Below are positions 18,701 through 28,472 of a stretch of DNA of 64,000 nucleotides, one piece after another. Both the position numbers and the translations under genes were made by a program. Positions within the stretch are counted from its first letter, which is position 1; every line of letters begins with the position of its first letter. The notes below the pieces were generated by a model. That model worked only from the letters and a program-made list of their open reading frames with translations. It was not told the DNA's origin and did not search any database. Origin of the DNA: Pseudomonadota bacterium (GTDB lineage: Bacteria > Desulfobacterota > Binatia > Binatales > Binataceae); assembly GCA_021324855.1 (NCBI GenBank), contig JAJPIG010000011.1, forward strand, positions 130,877 to 194,876. The letters are read 5' to 3'.

Positions 18701-19123
18701 ATGGCCGCGGAATCGAAAGCCTACGCCAAGCCGCTGCCCCATCTGGATGAGGAAAATCGTCCATGGTGGGAGGCGCTCAAGCGCCACGAGTTGTACCTCC
18801 AGCGATGCCGCGATTGCGGCGCGACGCGCTACTACCCGCGCGCGCTATGTCCCGAATGTCTCTCGTCGCAGACCGAATGGCTCCGCTCACGCGGCGCCGG
18901 CAAGGTCTACACGTTCACGACAACCTGGCAGAACGCGACGCCCGGTTTTCGCGAATCGCTCCCCTATGTGCTCGCGTATGTCGAGCTCGATGAGGGCCTC
19001 AAACTTCTGACCAATATTGTCGACTGCCCGCCCGAACAGGTTAGAATAGGGATGCCGGTGACGGTGGTGTTCGACGACGTTACGCCCGAAGTGACACTCG
19101 CGAAGTTCCGGCCGGTACCGTAA
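18701..19123 (+). CDS. DUF35 zinc-ribbon/OB-fold protein
   Basis: QRCRDCG...CPEC, GKVYTFT, VELDEG. Confidence 0.93.
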   Translation: MAAESKAYAKPLPHLDEENRPWWEALKRHELYLQRCRDCGATRYYPRALCPECLSSQTEWLRSRGAGKVYTFTTTWQNATPGFRESLPYVLAYVELDEGLKLLTNIVDCPPEQVRIGMPVTVVFDDVTPEVTLAKFRPVP

Positions 19124-19137
19124 AGGCAGCATCCCGG

Positions 19138-19824
19138 ATGGCGACGATTATCGATCTGCACAGTCACAGCGAGGCATCGGACGACTCGCGCGCGCCGGTC
19201 GGGGCCTATCTTAACTGGATCAAGCTGCGGCGCGCCGAGCGTCCCCTCGACGGCATCGTGCTCACCGAGCATCGCCAGTACAATCGCGCCGCCGACTATC
19301 GCGCGCTCGAAGACCAGTTCGACGTGATGGTGCTGCGCGCGTCGGAAGTCGAGACCGACTACGGCCATATGCTGGTCTTCGGCGTAAACGACGACATCCT
19401 GCGCCGCTTCGACTTCAGCAACGTACGGCTGCCCGCGCAGGAGGTGATCGACGGCGTGGCGGAGCTGGGCGGCGTGGTCGTGCCATGTCATCCGGGGCGT
19501 CCAACCGTCGGCCTGTGTGAGCATTACGAGACCAAGCCGCCGCTTGAAAATGTGACGGCCGTGGAACTGCTCAACGGCGGCTCGCGCAAGGGCGAAAATG
19601 AACGCGCGGCGGCGCTGGTGGATCGTTACGGCTATCGCGCGATCGGCGGATCCGACAGCCATATGGTGAGCCTGATCGGACTCTGCGCGACGCGCTTCGA
19701 CGCCGATGTCCGAACGATCGACGAGCTGGTACGCGAGCTCAAGTCGGGGCGCTACGAGCCGGTTGATTTTCGGCCGAATCGTCCGCGGCCGCGCCGCGCC
19801 GCTCCCGAAATGGCAGGAACGTAG
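19138..19824 (+). CDS. PHP-domain metallohydrolase
   Basis: DLHSHS, LTEH, GHMLVFG, CHP and GGSDSH motifs. Confidence 0.9.
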   Translation: MATIIDLHSHSEASDDSRAPVGAYLNWIKLRRAERPLDGIVLTEHRQYNRAADYRALEDQFDVMVLRASEVETDYGHMLVFGVNDDILRRFDFSNVRLPAQEVIDGVAELGGVVVPCHPGRPTVGLCEHYETKPPLENVTAVELLNGGSRKGENERAAALVDRYGYRAIGGSDSHMVSLIGLCATRFDADVRTIDELVRELKSGRYEPVDFRPNRPRPRRAAPEMAGT

Positions 19825-19826
19825 AG

Positions 19827-20258
19827 ATGGCCGTCGATCAGTCGCTTATCGGCAAGCAGTTCGAGGCCACCGAGCCAGTGGTTGTGACCTCCGAAGCGAT
19901 CGCGGCCTATTGCGACGCGCTCGGCGATGAGAACTACCGTCGGCCCGGGCCCGATGGCGCAATCGTTGCGCCGCCGTCCTTTGCCGTCACGTTCCGCAAT
20001 ACCGAGGCTTTTTTTCATTACACACCGCGGTTCGGGCGGGGCTTCGATGCCGGCAAGGAGGTTGAGTTCTTCGCGCCGATTCGCGCCGGCGATTCGATCA
20101 CGCTGACTTCCGTTGTCCGCGAGATGTACGAAAAGACCGGGCGCAGCGGCACGATGACCTTCGTCGTGCTGCGATCCACATTGACCAACCAACGCGGAGA
20201 GACCGTCGCCCACGTCGACCATCGCTTCGTCCATCGCAACCCCGGCGAGCCCGGATGA
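19827..20258 (+). CDS. MaoC-like hot-dog (FAS1-type) dehydratase subunit
   Basis: APPSF, EFFAPIRAGD, KTGRSGTMTFVV, NQRGE. Confidence 0.88.
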   Translation: MAVDQSLIGKQFEATEPVVVTSEAIAAYCDALGDENYRRPGPDGAIVAPPSFAVTFRNTEAFFHYTPRFGRGFDAGKEVEFFAPIRAGDSITLTSVVREMYEKTGRSGTMTFVVLRSTLTNQRGETVAHVDHRFVHRNPGEPG

Positions 20259-20689
20259 GCGCGAATACGGGCAGGCATTTCGATTCCGTCGCGGTCGGCG
20301 AGTCGCTCGGCCCGCATGAGATCGTGATCGAAAAGCCGCGCGCCCGCGCTTTCGCAGCCGCGTGTGGGATGGACTCCGGCCGCTTTCACGATGACGAAGC
20401 GGCGCGCGCCGAAGGCTTGCCGGGGATGATCATCCCGGGGAACTTTAGCCTGGGCCTGCTGAGCAAGCTCGTGACCGACTGGCTCGGCGCCGGACCCGGC
20501 CGTCTGACGCGCATCGGCACCACCTACCGCGCAATCGTGCTTCCCGAACGCAGGCTTACGCTGCACGGCTTCGTCACGCATATCGAGCGCGAGGCGCGAT
20601 CGGTCGAAATCGATGTCTGGATCGAGAACGAAGAGGCCGAACGGCTTGTGATCGGCACCGCGAGCGTCGCGTTCCCGCCGACCGACTGA
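20255..20689 (+). CDS. MaoC family dehydratase subunit
   Basis: FHDDEAARAEGLPGMIIPG; 4-nt overlap with the previous gene. Confidence 0.88.
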   Translation: MSANTGRHFDSVAVGESLGPHEIVIEKPRARAFAAACGMDSGRFHDDEAARAEGLPGMIIPGNFSLGLLSKLVTDWLGAGPGRLTRIGTTYRAIVLPERRLTLHGFVTHIEREARSVEIDVWIENEEAERLVIGTASVAFPPTD

Positions 20690-20748
20690 CAATCAGGCCG
20701 CGTGGATTCGCTTGTCACGCTCCGATATAAAAGGCGCGGGAGCGGGGG

Positions 20749-22209
20749 ATGGAGTCGACGGCCGGGCAGCCAGTTGCGATCGATGAGGCTTTCTCTCGCA
20801 CGCGAATCACACTGGCCGTTCTGATCGCCGGCAGTATCGTCACCTACCTTTCGCGTTTCGGCCACGAGCCGCTCGGCGCGAGCGAGGCGTTCAGCGCGTG
20901 GGCGGCTGCCAAGCCGAGCCTCCGCGCGATCATCGCAATCCCGGTTTTGTATGACCCGGGCAAGCAGCTCCTCTATTACATTGCGCTGCATTACTACACT
21001 GGGATCTTCGGCGCGAGTGAGATGGCGCTGCGCTCGCTCTCGCTGCTCTTCGCCATCGGGAGCATCGGGCTGGTCTACATCGCGGGGCGCGACCTGTTCG
21101 ATGCGGAGACGGGCGTTGCGGCGGTGGCAATCTGGTGTTTCAACCCGCTCGCGATGATCTTCGCCTACCGCGCACGCGGTTACGCGATGTTGTTATTCAT
21201 GGCGCTGGCGCAGCTAATCGCAATGTGGCGGGTGCGCGAACGTCCAAGCGCCGGGCGCGCCCTGTGGTGCGGCCTGCTCGGCGCGGCGCTGCTGTTTACA
21301 CACATGAGCGGGATTCTGCTGCTCGGCGTGGAGGGCGGGATGCTGCTGCGCGATCTTCTCCGCGGCCGCTCCACGTCGTATCCGTGGATTGCGATGGTCG
21401 TCACAGCGGTCCTGTTCGCACCGTATCTGCCGATCGCGATGACGCAAAGTCATCAGCTCGTTTCCGGCCATTGGCTCGACTGGATCGGCACGCGGCATTA
21501 CTCGATCGCCGAGCGAGCCGCGGCGGCGTTGCTCGCCGCCGTCTTGGGTGTCGCGATGGTCTTCGGGCCCAGAATCGAGAACGCCCGCGCTGAGCCGCTG
21601 CGATGGATCGCCGCATGGTCGCTACTGCCGTTAATCGGATTACTCGCGGGATCGGTTGTGATGCGCCCGATGTTCACGCCGCGTTACGTGCTGCCGTCGT
21701 TCGCCGGCCTCGCAATCCTCACAGCCGATATCCTCGCGCTGTGGAGCACCAAATTGCGGAACCTGGCCGCCGCCGGATTCGCAATCGCTTTTATCATGAT
21801 GATGCCCTATACACACGTCGCCAGCGAACCGTGGCCGGCGCTGGTGAGCGCAATCGATGCGGCTAAATCGCCCGCGCAGCCAATCTTTTTTGAGACCGGC
21901 TTTGTCGCGCACGGCGCGGCGGGCAAAGTCCCCAACGGCGGGTTTCCATTCGGCTATTACTCGATTCCGTTCAACTATTATTTTCACGGCCCGAATCCGC
22001 GCGTGACGATTCCGGGGCACGATCCCGCGGCGGCCCGCGCGATCATCGAGCGCGATGTCGGTGAGGCGGGCGGCGGGTGGCTGGTGAGCTGGAAGGAAGG
22101 CGAGGTGAAGCCGGAGCTGCCGGATGCCCGTCAATTTCGGATCAAGACCTTTGCGTCGCAACCGGAATTGGCGATTTATCGGATCGTGCCGATCACCTCG
22201 GCGCACTGA
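20749..22209 (+). CDS. GT-C fold membrane glycosyltransferase (PMT_2/GT39-like)
   Basis: Multiple TM helices; LYYIALH, FGASEMALRSLS, ARGYAM and PRY motifs. Confidence 0.85.
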   Translation: MESTAGQPVAIDEAFSRTRITLAVLIAGSIVTYLSRFGHEPLGASEAFSAWAAAKPSLRAIIAIPVLYDPGKQLLYYIALHYYTGIFGASEMALRSLSLLFAIGSIGLVYIAGRDLFDAETGVAAVAIWCFNPLAMIFAYRARGYAMLLFMALAQLIAMWRVRERPSAGRALWCGLLGAALLFTHMSGILLLGVEGGMLLRDLLRGRSTSYPWIAMVVTAVLFAPYLPIAMTQSHQLVSGHWLDWIGTRHYSIAERAAAALLAAVLGVAMVFGPRIENARAEPLRWIAAWSLLPLIGLLAGSVVMRPMFTPRYVLPSFAGLAILTADILALWSTKLRNLAAAGFAIAFIMMMPYTHVASEPWPALVSAIDAAKSPAQPIFFETGFVAHGAAGKVPNGGFPFGYYSIPFNYYFHGPNPRVTIPGHDPAAARAIIERDVGEAGGGWLVSWKEGEVKPELPDARQFRIKTFASQPELAIYRIVPITSAH

Positions 22210-22368
22210 ATCGGGTCTGTTAGTTTGGACTTGACGAGTTCTTTCGAGCACAACTTGGGCGTAGATTTCGGGATGACGTGCGGCTCGGATCAGGTGATCA
22301 CGAAATTCCATCTGGAATGCGAGCGGTTCATCGGCGCGTTGCTGAGATGAATCGCCCACGGAAGCGCA

Positions 22369-22395
22369 AGCCGGCAGCGTGACGCGCTGCCGGCT
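22369..22395. terminator. GC-rich hairpin between convergent genes
   Basis: AGCCGGCAGCG-N5-CGCTGCCGGCT. Confidence 0.6.
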
Positions 22396-22416
22396 GCTAA
22401 GCGACGAAATTCCCGC

Positions 22417-22758
22417 TTACTGTCCCTGGGTTATCGTCCAGCCCTGTCCCTGGCAGGGATTGACCGAGTACTGGTAGGCGTATTGCGATGCGCCGTACAG
22501 CACTGCCATCACGTCGAAGGTGCAGTTATCGGCACTGCCGACATTGATGGTCATCGATTGTCCGGGAGCCAGCGACTGGCCGGCGATCAGGTTAGTGGTG
22601 CTCCAGCTCGAAACGTCGCTGCCCGACGCGTAGAACTCGGTCATCGTGTACGGAGTATTGTTCGTCACCTGCATGGTCACATTGTTCGACGCCCGCGCGC
22701 TGGTGAAAGTCATCCCAATAGCGAGCAGCAGGACCGATAGGTAGCGTAATGGTTTCAT
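22417..22758 (-). CDS. Small exported beta-rich protein with two Cys
   Basis: Signal peptide ending ARA; GGAGG RBS; downstream of the TadE-like gene. Confidence 0.75.
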   Translation of the reverse strand: MKPLRYLSVLLLAIGMTFTSARASNNVTMQVTNNTPYTMTEFYASGSDVSSWSTTNLIAGQSLAPGQSMTINVGSADNCTFDVMAVLYGASQYAYQYSVNPCQGQGWTITQGQ

Positions 22759-22774
22759 CTTTTTCCCTCCCCTG

Positions 22775-23248
22775 TCATCCTTCGCAGAAGGCAGATTCTG
22801 AATTGCTGAGCGACGTTGGAAAACTAATGCCCAAGAACGGATTGGGCACCGCGATCAGATGCTTAACATCGAAGGTGAGCGAGACCGTCAATGAATTGCC
22901 AAACGCGCAAGGCGGCGCCGGACTCAAGGTTGTAGTTAGATAGCTGCCGTTATTCGCACTGATGGTCGGCGATGCGACCGAAAGGATATAGCTGTTGACC
23001 TGCGACTGGGTCGCACTCGGGTTCACCGCGGCCCATCGGGCGCCCTGATAATTTGCCTGCCCCAGTGCGAGCGCGGCATTGCCGATGATCGCGAACTGAA
23101 CGCCGATCACCAGCACGATCAGCGCGACCGTCAGGATGATCGCGAACTCGACCGCGGCCTGCGCCTTTCCGCCGCCGGCAATCATTCGGCGGATTGCGGC
23201 GCTATCGATGAAACGTCCTCCATGGTTACCTACAGTTTTCGTCTCCAT
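22775..23248 (-). CDS. TadE-like pseudopilin
   Basis: AQAAVEFAII prepilin-like motif followed by a TM helix and GARWAAV; probable ATG at 23248. Confidence 0.85.
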   Translation of the reverse strand: METKTVGNHGGRFIDSAAIRRMIAGGGKAQAAVEFAIILTVALIVLVIGVQFAIIGNAALALGQANYQGARWAAVNPSATQSQVNSYILSVASPTISANNGSYLTTTLSPAPPCAFGNSLTVSLTFDVKHLIAVPNPFLGISFPTSLSNSESAFCEG

Positions 23249-23312
23249 CGTCAGTTGGTCTCCTGTTCTTTCCTCCACCTGAAACCGCTCATCGTCGGAG
23301 CAGAATGCCAAC

Positions 23313-24296
23313 CTATTTCGTGAGAATCGGATGCCCGCGTGAGCCGAAGTATGGTGCTCCGGGGCTGCCGAAACTATCGGCGATCACCTGGCTGATGAAA
23401 TGCACGTTGACCTGGCCGCCGCTGTAACTGTCGAGCCATAGTGTGGCGAAGGCTGTCACCTGCACCTGTGAACGGCCATTCTGACCTTCCCAATTAACCA
23501 CCGGTACAATCAGAACCCGTGGATCATTAAGCGTGTGATTCGAGAAGGTGCCGTTCGGATCGACCGTCTGCGCGAGCGTAAGCCGATCCTGAAAGCCCTG
23601 GTCAACCGGACCGACCTTCTTGCCGGGCTCGGTGGTGACCCAATCGCCCACGCTGACCATCCCGTTATAGCCATTGGCGATGTTAGTCCTAAGATTGCTG
23701 CCGCCGACTCCGCCGAGCGCGAGCAAGTCCCAATTACCAGGACCGACCTGACCCTGTTGGAGGGTTATCGAACTGCCGTCCGAATATTTTGTATTCGAAT
23801 CGAGACCGATCGGGACGAGCCCGCAGCTACCGGTACTCGCGCAATAGGTGCCGTTATTGCCATTGTTGTCTCCGCCTGGCGGAACCTGCGACGGCGAGGT
23901 GGCGTTCACAGTGCTCGGCGCGTACTGCGGAGAGGCCGACGCACTGACCGAAACCGTGCCGTTCGACAGCCCGAGCACCTTGGCGAAGTAATACGGCACC
24001 GTGCGCTTCAAGGTCATCGAGATCGTCAGATCGTCCGGACTAACCGTCGTGGACTGGATCTCGGATGCCGCCGCACCGTCGTTTTCCGCGTAGGCATTGG
24101 CGGTGTTGGTCGCCTGAGTCGGATTATCAGGCAGGTAGTTCGCTCCAGCCAGAACGCCGGCATCAGCCGCTTTCTGTAGCTGAACCCAGTTGAAGTAGAA
24201 GATCGCGACGTCGGTGCCGAGCGCAATCGCGCCCAGCAACGCCGGCATCACGAGTGCGATGATGACCATCGTCTGGCCTTTGCTCTTGCCCCTCAT
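23313..24296 (-). CDS. TadG-like Flp pilus assembly protein, paralogue 1
   Basis: KGQTMVIIAL...LQKAADAGVLAGA Tad N-terminal motif; AAGGA RBS. Confidence 0.88.
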   Translation of the reverse strand: MRGKSKGQTMVIIALVMPALLGAIALGTDVAIFYFNWVQLQKAADAGVLAGANYLPDNPTQATNTANAYAENDGAAASEIQSTTVSPDDLTISMTLKRTVPYYFAKVLGLSNGTVSVSASASPQYAPSTVNATSPSQVPPGGDNNGNNGTYCASTGSCGLVPIGLDSNTKYSDGSSITLQQGQVGPGNWDLLALGGVGGSNLRTNIANGYNGMVSVGDWVTTEPGKKVGPVDQGFQDRLTLAQTVDPNGTFSNHTLNDPRVLIVPVVNWEGQNGRSQVQVTAFATLWLDSYSGGQVNVHFISQVIADSFGSPGAPYFGSRGHPILTK

Positions 24297-24348
24297 ATGG
24301 TCCTTTCCCCAGCCGCATCGGCGGACGGTAAATTCCATGGAGGGCAGG

Positions 24349-24364
24349 AGCAGCTTCCATGCCG
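24349..24364 (-). promoter_or_regulatory. Candidate sigma-54 (-24/-12) promoter for the tadG-tadE unit
   Basis: Minus strand CGGCATGGAAGCTGCT = GG-N10-GC, ~50 nt before the ATG, with an AT-rich tract upstream. Confidence 0.4.
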
Positions 24365-24573
24365 GGAAAACTCTGCAGGCAGAAGCGATTTAAAAACAAT
24401 ATTGCCGGACAAAGCGAAGCGCACACGAGTGTAGTCGTTGCAGCAGCGCAACGAGAAAATAAAACTGTCTACGACGGGTTCGCCGTACAATAAATGAATC
24501 GGGCGCCCGCCCGATGGCGTGGCGCCCGTCATTTACTCGCAGATGGCGCGAAGTTGAGTTTCGACCAGCGTCG

Positions 24574-25647
24574 CTACTGTTCGAGGACGACTGTGCAGAC
24601 CCCAGCGACCCCCTGAACACAAGTTTGAGTAGTGCCGCCTGGGACGCCGCCGCCGTTGGGATCAACCTGGACGAACGTCAGGTTGAGGACCCAGCTCTGA
24701 GGTCCGGTCTGCGAAACGCTATCGAGAAAGACCGTGGCAAGGTTCAATATCGGAACCGGAGTGCTGGCGCCTGTCACGCCAGTCGCGTTTACTACCGGGA
24801 TTATGACCACCCGCGGATCATTCGCATTGGGAGTCGTTGTTGGTGGACCGACGCTCGGAGGGACGGGATTATCGCTTGGGTAATTGGCCGAGCCTTGCGT
24901 GATCCTATCTTGGATGCCCGCCACCGCTCCTTGGAGAGCGGCATTGCCGGTATTAACCGGCATACACCAGGATGACACGGTGCAGCCGGGTTGTCCGTCC
25001 GGATTGTAGGTGATGTTGTCAAGTGGATTGGTCGGGTCCGGCGACACCCATCCAGTCTTCGTCAGGTTCTCCATGTACGGCTTGCCATTGCTGTTGGACA
25101 TGCCGGGTAGCTGCAAGATTCCCCAGTTTCCGGCGCCATAACTGCCGCTCGATCCCCCGAGGTTAAGCGATATAGTGGTGCCTAGCGTCCCCGGACATGA
25201 CTGACCCGTGGGACAATCGATCCATATCGGGAGCGTGTGACCACCCTGTCCGTTGCTACCGCTGACCGATGTAATGCCAGCCCTGGCCGTCACGTTGAGA
25301 GTGGCATTCGTCAGTCCGAGCACGCGGCCGAAGAAATAAGGAACCTGTCGTGACATCCGGACTTCGACCCAACTCGGGAAGCTCGAACCATCGACCGTCA
25401 CATTAATCGTGTCACCGGTTCGCCCATTCATCTGAGCATAGGATGTCGCCGCGGTGTTCGCGTCGGTGGTGTCATTGGGCAGATATCCGGCGCCGGCGAG
25501 CGCGCCTGAGTCAGCTGCCTTCTGTAACTGCAACCAATTGAAGTACATCACGGCGAAATCGGCGCCGAGCGCAACCGCACCAACGATCACTGGCAACACG
25601 AGCGCGATAATCACCGCCGTCTGGCCCTTTGAATATTTTGTTTTCAT
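24574..25647 (-). CDS. TadG-like Flp pilus assembly protein, paralogue 2
   Basis: KGQTAVIIAL...LQKAADSGALAGA; shares GNW and DPRV..PVV motifs with paralogue 1; AGGAG RBS. Confidence 0.88.
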   Translation of the reverse strand: MKTKYSKGQTAVIIALVLPVIVGAVALGADFAVMYFNWLQLQKAADSGALAGAGYLPNDTTDANTAATSYAQMNGRTGDTINVTVDGSSFPSWVEVRMSRQVPYFFGRVLGLTNATLNVTARAGITSVSGSNGQGGHTLPIWIDCPTGQSCPGTLGTTISLNLGGSSGSYGAGNWGILQLPGMSNSNGKPYMENLTKTGWVSPDPTNPLDNITYNPDGQPGCTVSSWCMPVNTGNAALQGAVAGIQDRITQGSANYPSDNPVPPSVGPPTTTPNANDPRVVIIPVVNATGVTGASTPVPILNLATVFLDSVSQTGPQSWVLNLTFVQVDPNGGGVPGGTTQTCVQGVAGVCTVVLEQ

Positions 25648-25898
25648 ATGACTCCTGTAGCCCGGAAGCCTTCTGAATTTGCCGGAGAGTTTCTGGATGT
25701 TCATCACCTCCGTCGAAAGGGCTGTGCGAATTTGGGCCACGCCAGCAGTATTCAATCCTATGCCGGTTCTATGTTCGTTGCAAACAATCTATGCGGGCTT
25801 TGGACCGATAAACTAAGCAATTTTAAGCGCTGTTCCCGGCTCCGAATAAGCCGAAATACGGGCAAAAAAGTCACAAAAATGTTATGTTTTTCCAATTC

Positions 25899-26534
25899 AT
25901 GGGCAGGGCTTATCGCGTTAAGGAGATTTTTTATTCGCTCCAGGGAGAAGGTGCGAACGCAGGAAGGGCGGCGGTTTTTTGCCGTTTCGCGGGCTGCAAC
26001 TTATGGACGGGACGCTTGGAGGATCGTGCGCGCGGGCCGGGCTCGTGCTCTCGATGGTGCGATACGGACTTTCTCGGCGGCGTCAATTACACGCTCGACG
26101 AACTGACGGCGATCGTCGAGCGGGAGTTTCGCGGGAATTGCCGGCGCTTCGTCGTGATGACCGGTGGCGAGCCGATGCTTCAACTCGACAACGATCTGGT
26201 TCGCGCGCTTCATCGCCGCGGCTTCGAAGTCGCGATCGAAACTAACGGTACCATCGCGATCACGATTCCTGACCTCGATTGGATTTGCGTAAGTCCGAAG
26301 GCAGGCGCTCCCTGGGTCCAGCGCAGCGGCGACGAACTTAAACTGGTTTATCCGCAACCCGGCTTGATGCCGTCCGATCTTGATCTCGAGCAGCTCAATT
26401 TCCGCCACTTGCTCTTGCAACCGATGGACGGCCTCGAGTTGGCCGCGAACCGCGCGGAGGCGGCGCGCTATTGTATGGACAATCCACGCTGGCGATTGAC
26501 TCTCCAGACGCACAAGATCATCGGACTGCGATGA
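25899..26534 (+). CDS. queE: 7-carboxy-7-deazaguanine synthase (minimal radical SAM QueE)
   Basis: KEIFYSLQGEG, CRFAGCNLW...WCDTDF, TGGEP, IETNGT, SPK, QTHK. Confidence 0.93.
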   Translation: MGRAYRVKEIFYSLQGEGANAGRAAVFCRFAGCNLWTGRLEDRARGPGSCSRWCDTDFLGGVNYTLDELTAIVEREFRGNCRRFVVMTGGEPMLQLDNDLVRALHRRGFEVAIETNGTIAITIPDLDWICVSPKAGAPWVQRSGDELKLVYPQPGLMPSDLDLEQLNFRHLLLQPMDGLELAANRAEAARYCMDNPRWRLTLQTHKIIGLR

Positions 26535-26623
26535 TCATCTGCTCTGGCGATTGCGTGCCATCTGAGAGTATAAGCGATTCAGAAACGGCCACGCCGGAAT
26601 AACGATTCAGGAGGCATCGCAAG

Positions 26624-27388
26624 ATGGCAGCCGTAGCCGGTCAAGTTGAACGTCCTGAACTCCTGGCCACCCAGGAGGTGAGCTTCATAAGTGAAGGCGC
26701 CCGCATCGGCGGATACCTCGCGCGCCCGCGCGAGAACGGCAAGTACCCGGGCCTGATGATCGTCCATGACATCTTCGGCGTGAGCGACCATGCCCGCGAC
26801 GTCGCGCGACGCTTCGCCAACGTCGGCTTCGTCGTGCTCGTCCCCGACTGTTTCAGCCGCATCGCACTCGGCACCGACGAATCGCGGGTGCGCGAGCGGG
26901 CCGAGCAGCTTGATGATCGGCTGACGGTGCGCGACCTCGAGAACGGCGCCGCGCTTTTGCGCAGCCTCTCCATGTGCAACGGCAAAGTGGGCACGGTCGG
27001 GTTCTGTATGGGCGGTCGGTCGGCACTGCTGTTCGCCTGCAGCAGCGACAAGGTCGATGCTACCGTCGATTGCTGGGGCGGATCGATCACCCCTGACACC
27101 GGCACGAGCAAGCTCCATCCGACTCCGGTCGTGGACCTGGTGAAGAATCTCAGCAAGCCCGTCTACGCAGTGTTCGGCGCGGAGGATCAGAACCCATCGC
27201 CGGCGCATGCAGCCGAGTTGCGCGCTCGGCTCGAGCGCGAGGGTACGCTCAACCTGGTCACGATGGAATCCTTCGCCGGCGCGGGCCACGCCTTCTTCGC
27301 CGATCACAGGCCGGACCGCTATCGCGAGAAGCAGGCGTTCGAGCTGTGGCCGAAGATGGTGTCGTTTCTCAAACAAAATCTGTCCTGA
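26624..27388 (+). CDS. Dienelactone hydrolase family protein
   Basis: HDIFG, GFCMGG and AGHAF motifs. Confidence 0.92.
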   Translation: MAAVAGQVERPELLATQEVSFISEGARIGGYLARPRENGKYPGLMIVHDIFGVSDHARDVARRFANVGFVVLVPDCFSRIALGTDESRVRERAEQLDDRLTVRDLENGAALLRSLSMCNGKVGTVGFCMGGRSALLFACSSDKVDATVDCWGGSITPDTGTSKLHPTPVVDLVKNLSKPVYAVFGAEDQNPSPAHAAELRARLEREGTLNLVTMESFAGAGHAFFADHRPDRYREKQAFELWPKMVSFLKQNLS

Positions 27389-27432
27389 ACGGCAGGATTA
27401 TAAAACCCGAACCAAGTGCGGAGGGCATCGCA

Positions 27433-28380
27433 ATGGCGTTGATCAAGGTAACCGATATCGCTTATGGGCGGCTGCGCTCGCCCGATCTGGATCTGCAGGA
27501 GGAATTCGGCAAGCACTTCGGCTTCATCACGACGGCACGAACCAACAACGCGCTTTACATGCGCGGCTCCGATTCCCCGCATCATATTCATGTCACCGAG
27601 AAGGGCGACCCGGCCTTCATCGGCATGGCCTTCTATGCGGCGAGCGAGGATGACCTAAAGAAAATCGCCAAGGCGCCCGGCGCGTCAGGCATCGAGAACA
27701 TCGATGAGCCCGGCGGCGGAAAGCGCGTGCGATTGAAGGAGCCCAATGGCTATCAGATCGAGGTCGTGTGGGGGATCGAGCAACTCAAGCCGCTCGACGT
27801 GCATCGCGAACCCACCAATTCCGGCGATGAGCCGCTGCGCCGCGCAGGGCGCCTGATGCGCGTGCCGAAGCCGCCCACGACCGTCAAACGCATCGCGCAC
27901 GGTGTGATGGGCACGCCGCGCCTCGCGGAAACTCTTAAATGGTTCCGCGAGCACCTGGGCTTTATTTCTTCCGACGACATCTACGTAAAGAGCAGGGACA
28001 ACATCATCGCGTCGTTCAACCGCTGCGACCGCGGCGACATCTATGTCGACCATCATGTGTTCTTCTGCATGAAGCACGACAAGGCCGGGCTCAACCATTT
28101 TTCGTTCGAGGTCCCCGACATCGATGCGGTGTTTGTCGATCACGAGTATCTGATGAAGCTCGGCAAGTACGAGCATATGTGGGGCGTCGGCCGGCACATC
28201 CTCGGCAGTCAGGTATACGATTACTGGGCCGATCCATGGGGCCGCGTTCACGAGCATTGGGCCGACAGCGATCGTCTGAACGCCAGTAACGGATCGAACG
28301 TGTTGAGCGCGGAGGAAGGACTTAACTCGCAATGGGGCGAGCCGATTCCCGAGAAGTTCATGCACCGCATTTGCGCTTGA
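27433..28380 (+). CDS. Two-domain VOC family protein (extradiol dioxygenase-like)
   Basis: DHH, LNHFSFE, WGVGRHILGSQVYDYWADPWG...EH. Confidence 0.88.
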   Translation: MALIKVTDIAYGRLRSPDLDLQEEFGKHFGFITTARTNNALYMRGSDSPHHIHVTEKGDPAFIGMAFYAASEDDLKKIAKAPGASGIENIDEPGGGKRVRLKEPNGYQIEVVWGIEQLKPLDVHREPTNSGDEPLRRAGRLMRVPKPPTTVKRIAHGVMGTPRLAETLKWFREHLGFISSDDIYVKSRDNIIASFNRCDRGDIYVDHHVFFCMKHDKAGLNHFSFEVPDIDAVFVDHEYLMKLGKYEHMWGVGRHILGSQVYDYWADPWGRVHEHWADSDRLNASNGSNVLSAEEGLNSQWGEPIPEKFMHRICA

Positions 28381-28413
28381 GACGGGCGGCGTAGCCGGAC
28401 AACCATGGACGGT

Positions 28414-28439
28414 AGAAGGGCGCCATGCGGCGCCCTTCT
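28414..28439. terminator. Hairpin between convergent genes, probable bidirectional terminator
   Basis: AGAAGGGCGCC-N4-GGCGCCCTTCT. Confidence 0.7.
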
Positions 28440-28472
28440 TACAGGGTTGAAAAAAACTCCTTCCGACCGCGC

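Noticed and set aside
24340-25880. c-di-GMP riboswitch upstream of the Tad genes
   Set aside because: No GEMM-like core could be identified by eye in either intergenic region; an Infernal/Rfam scan would be decisive.
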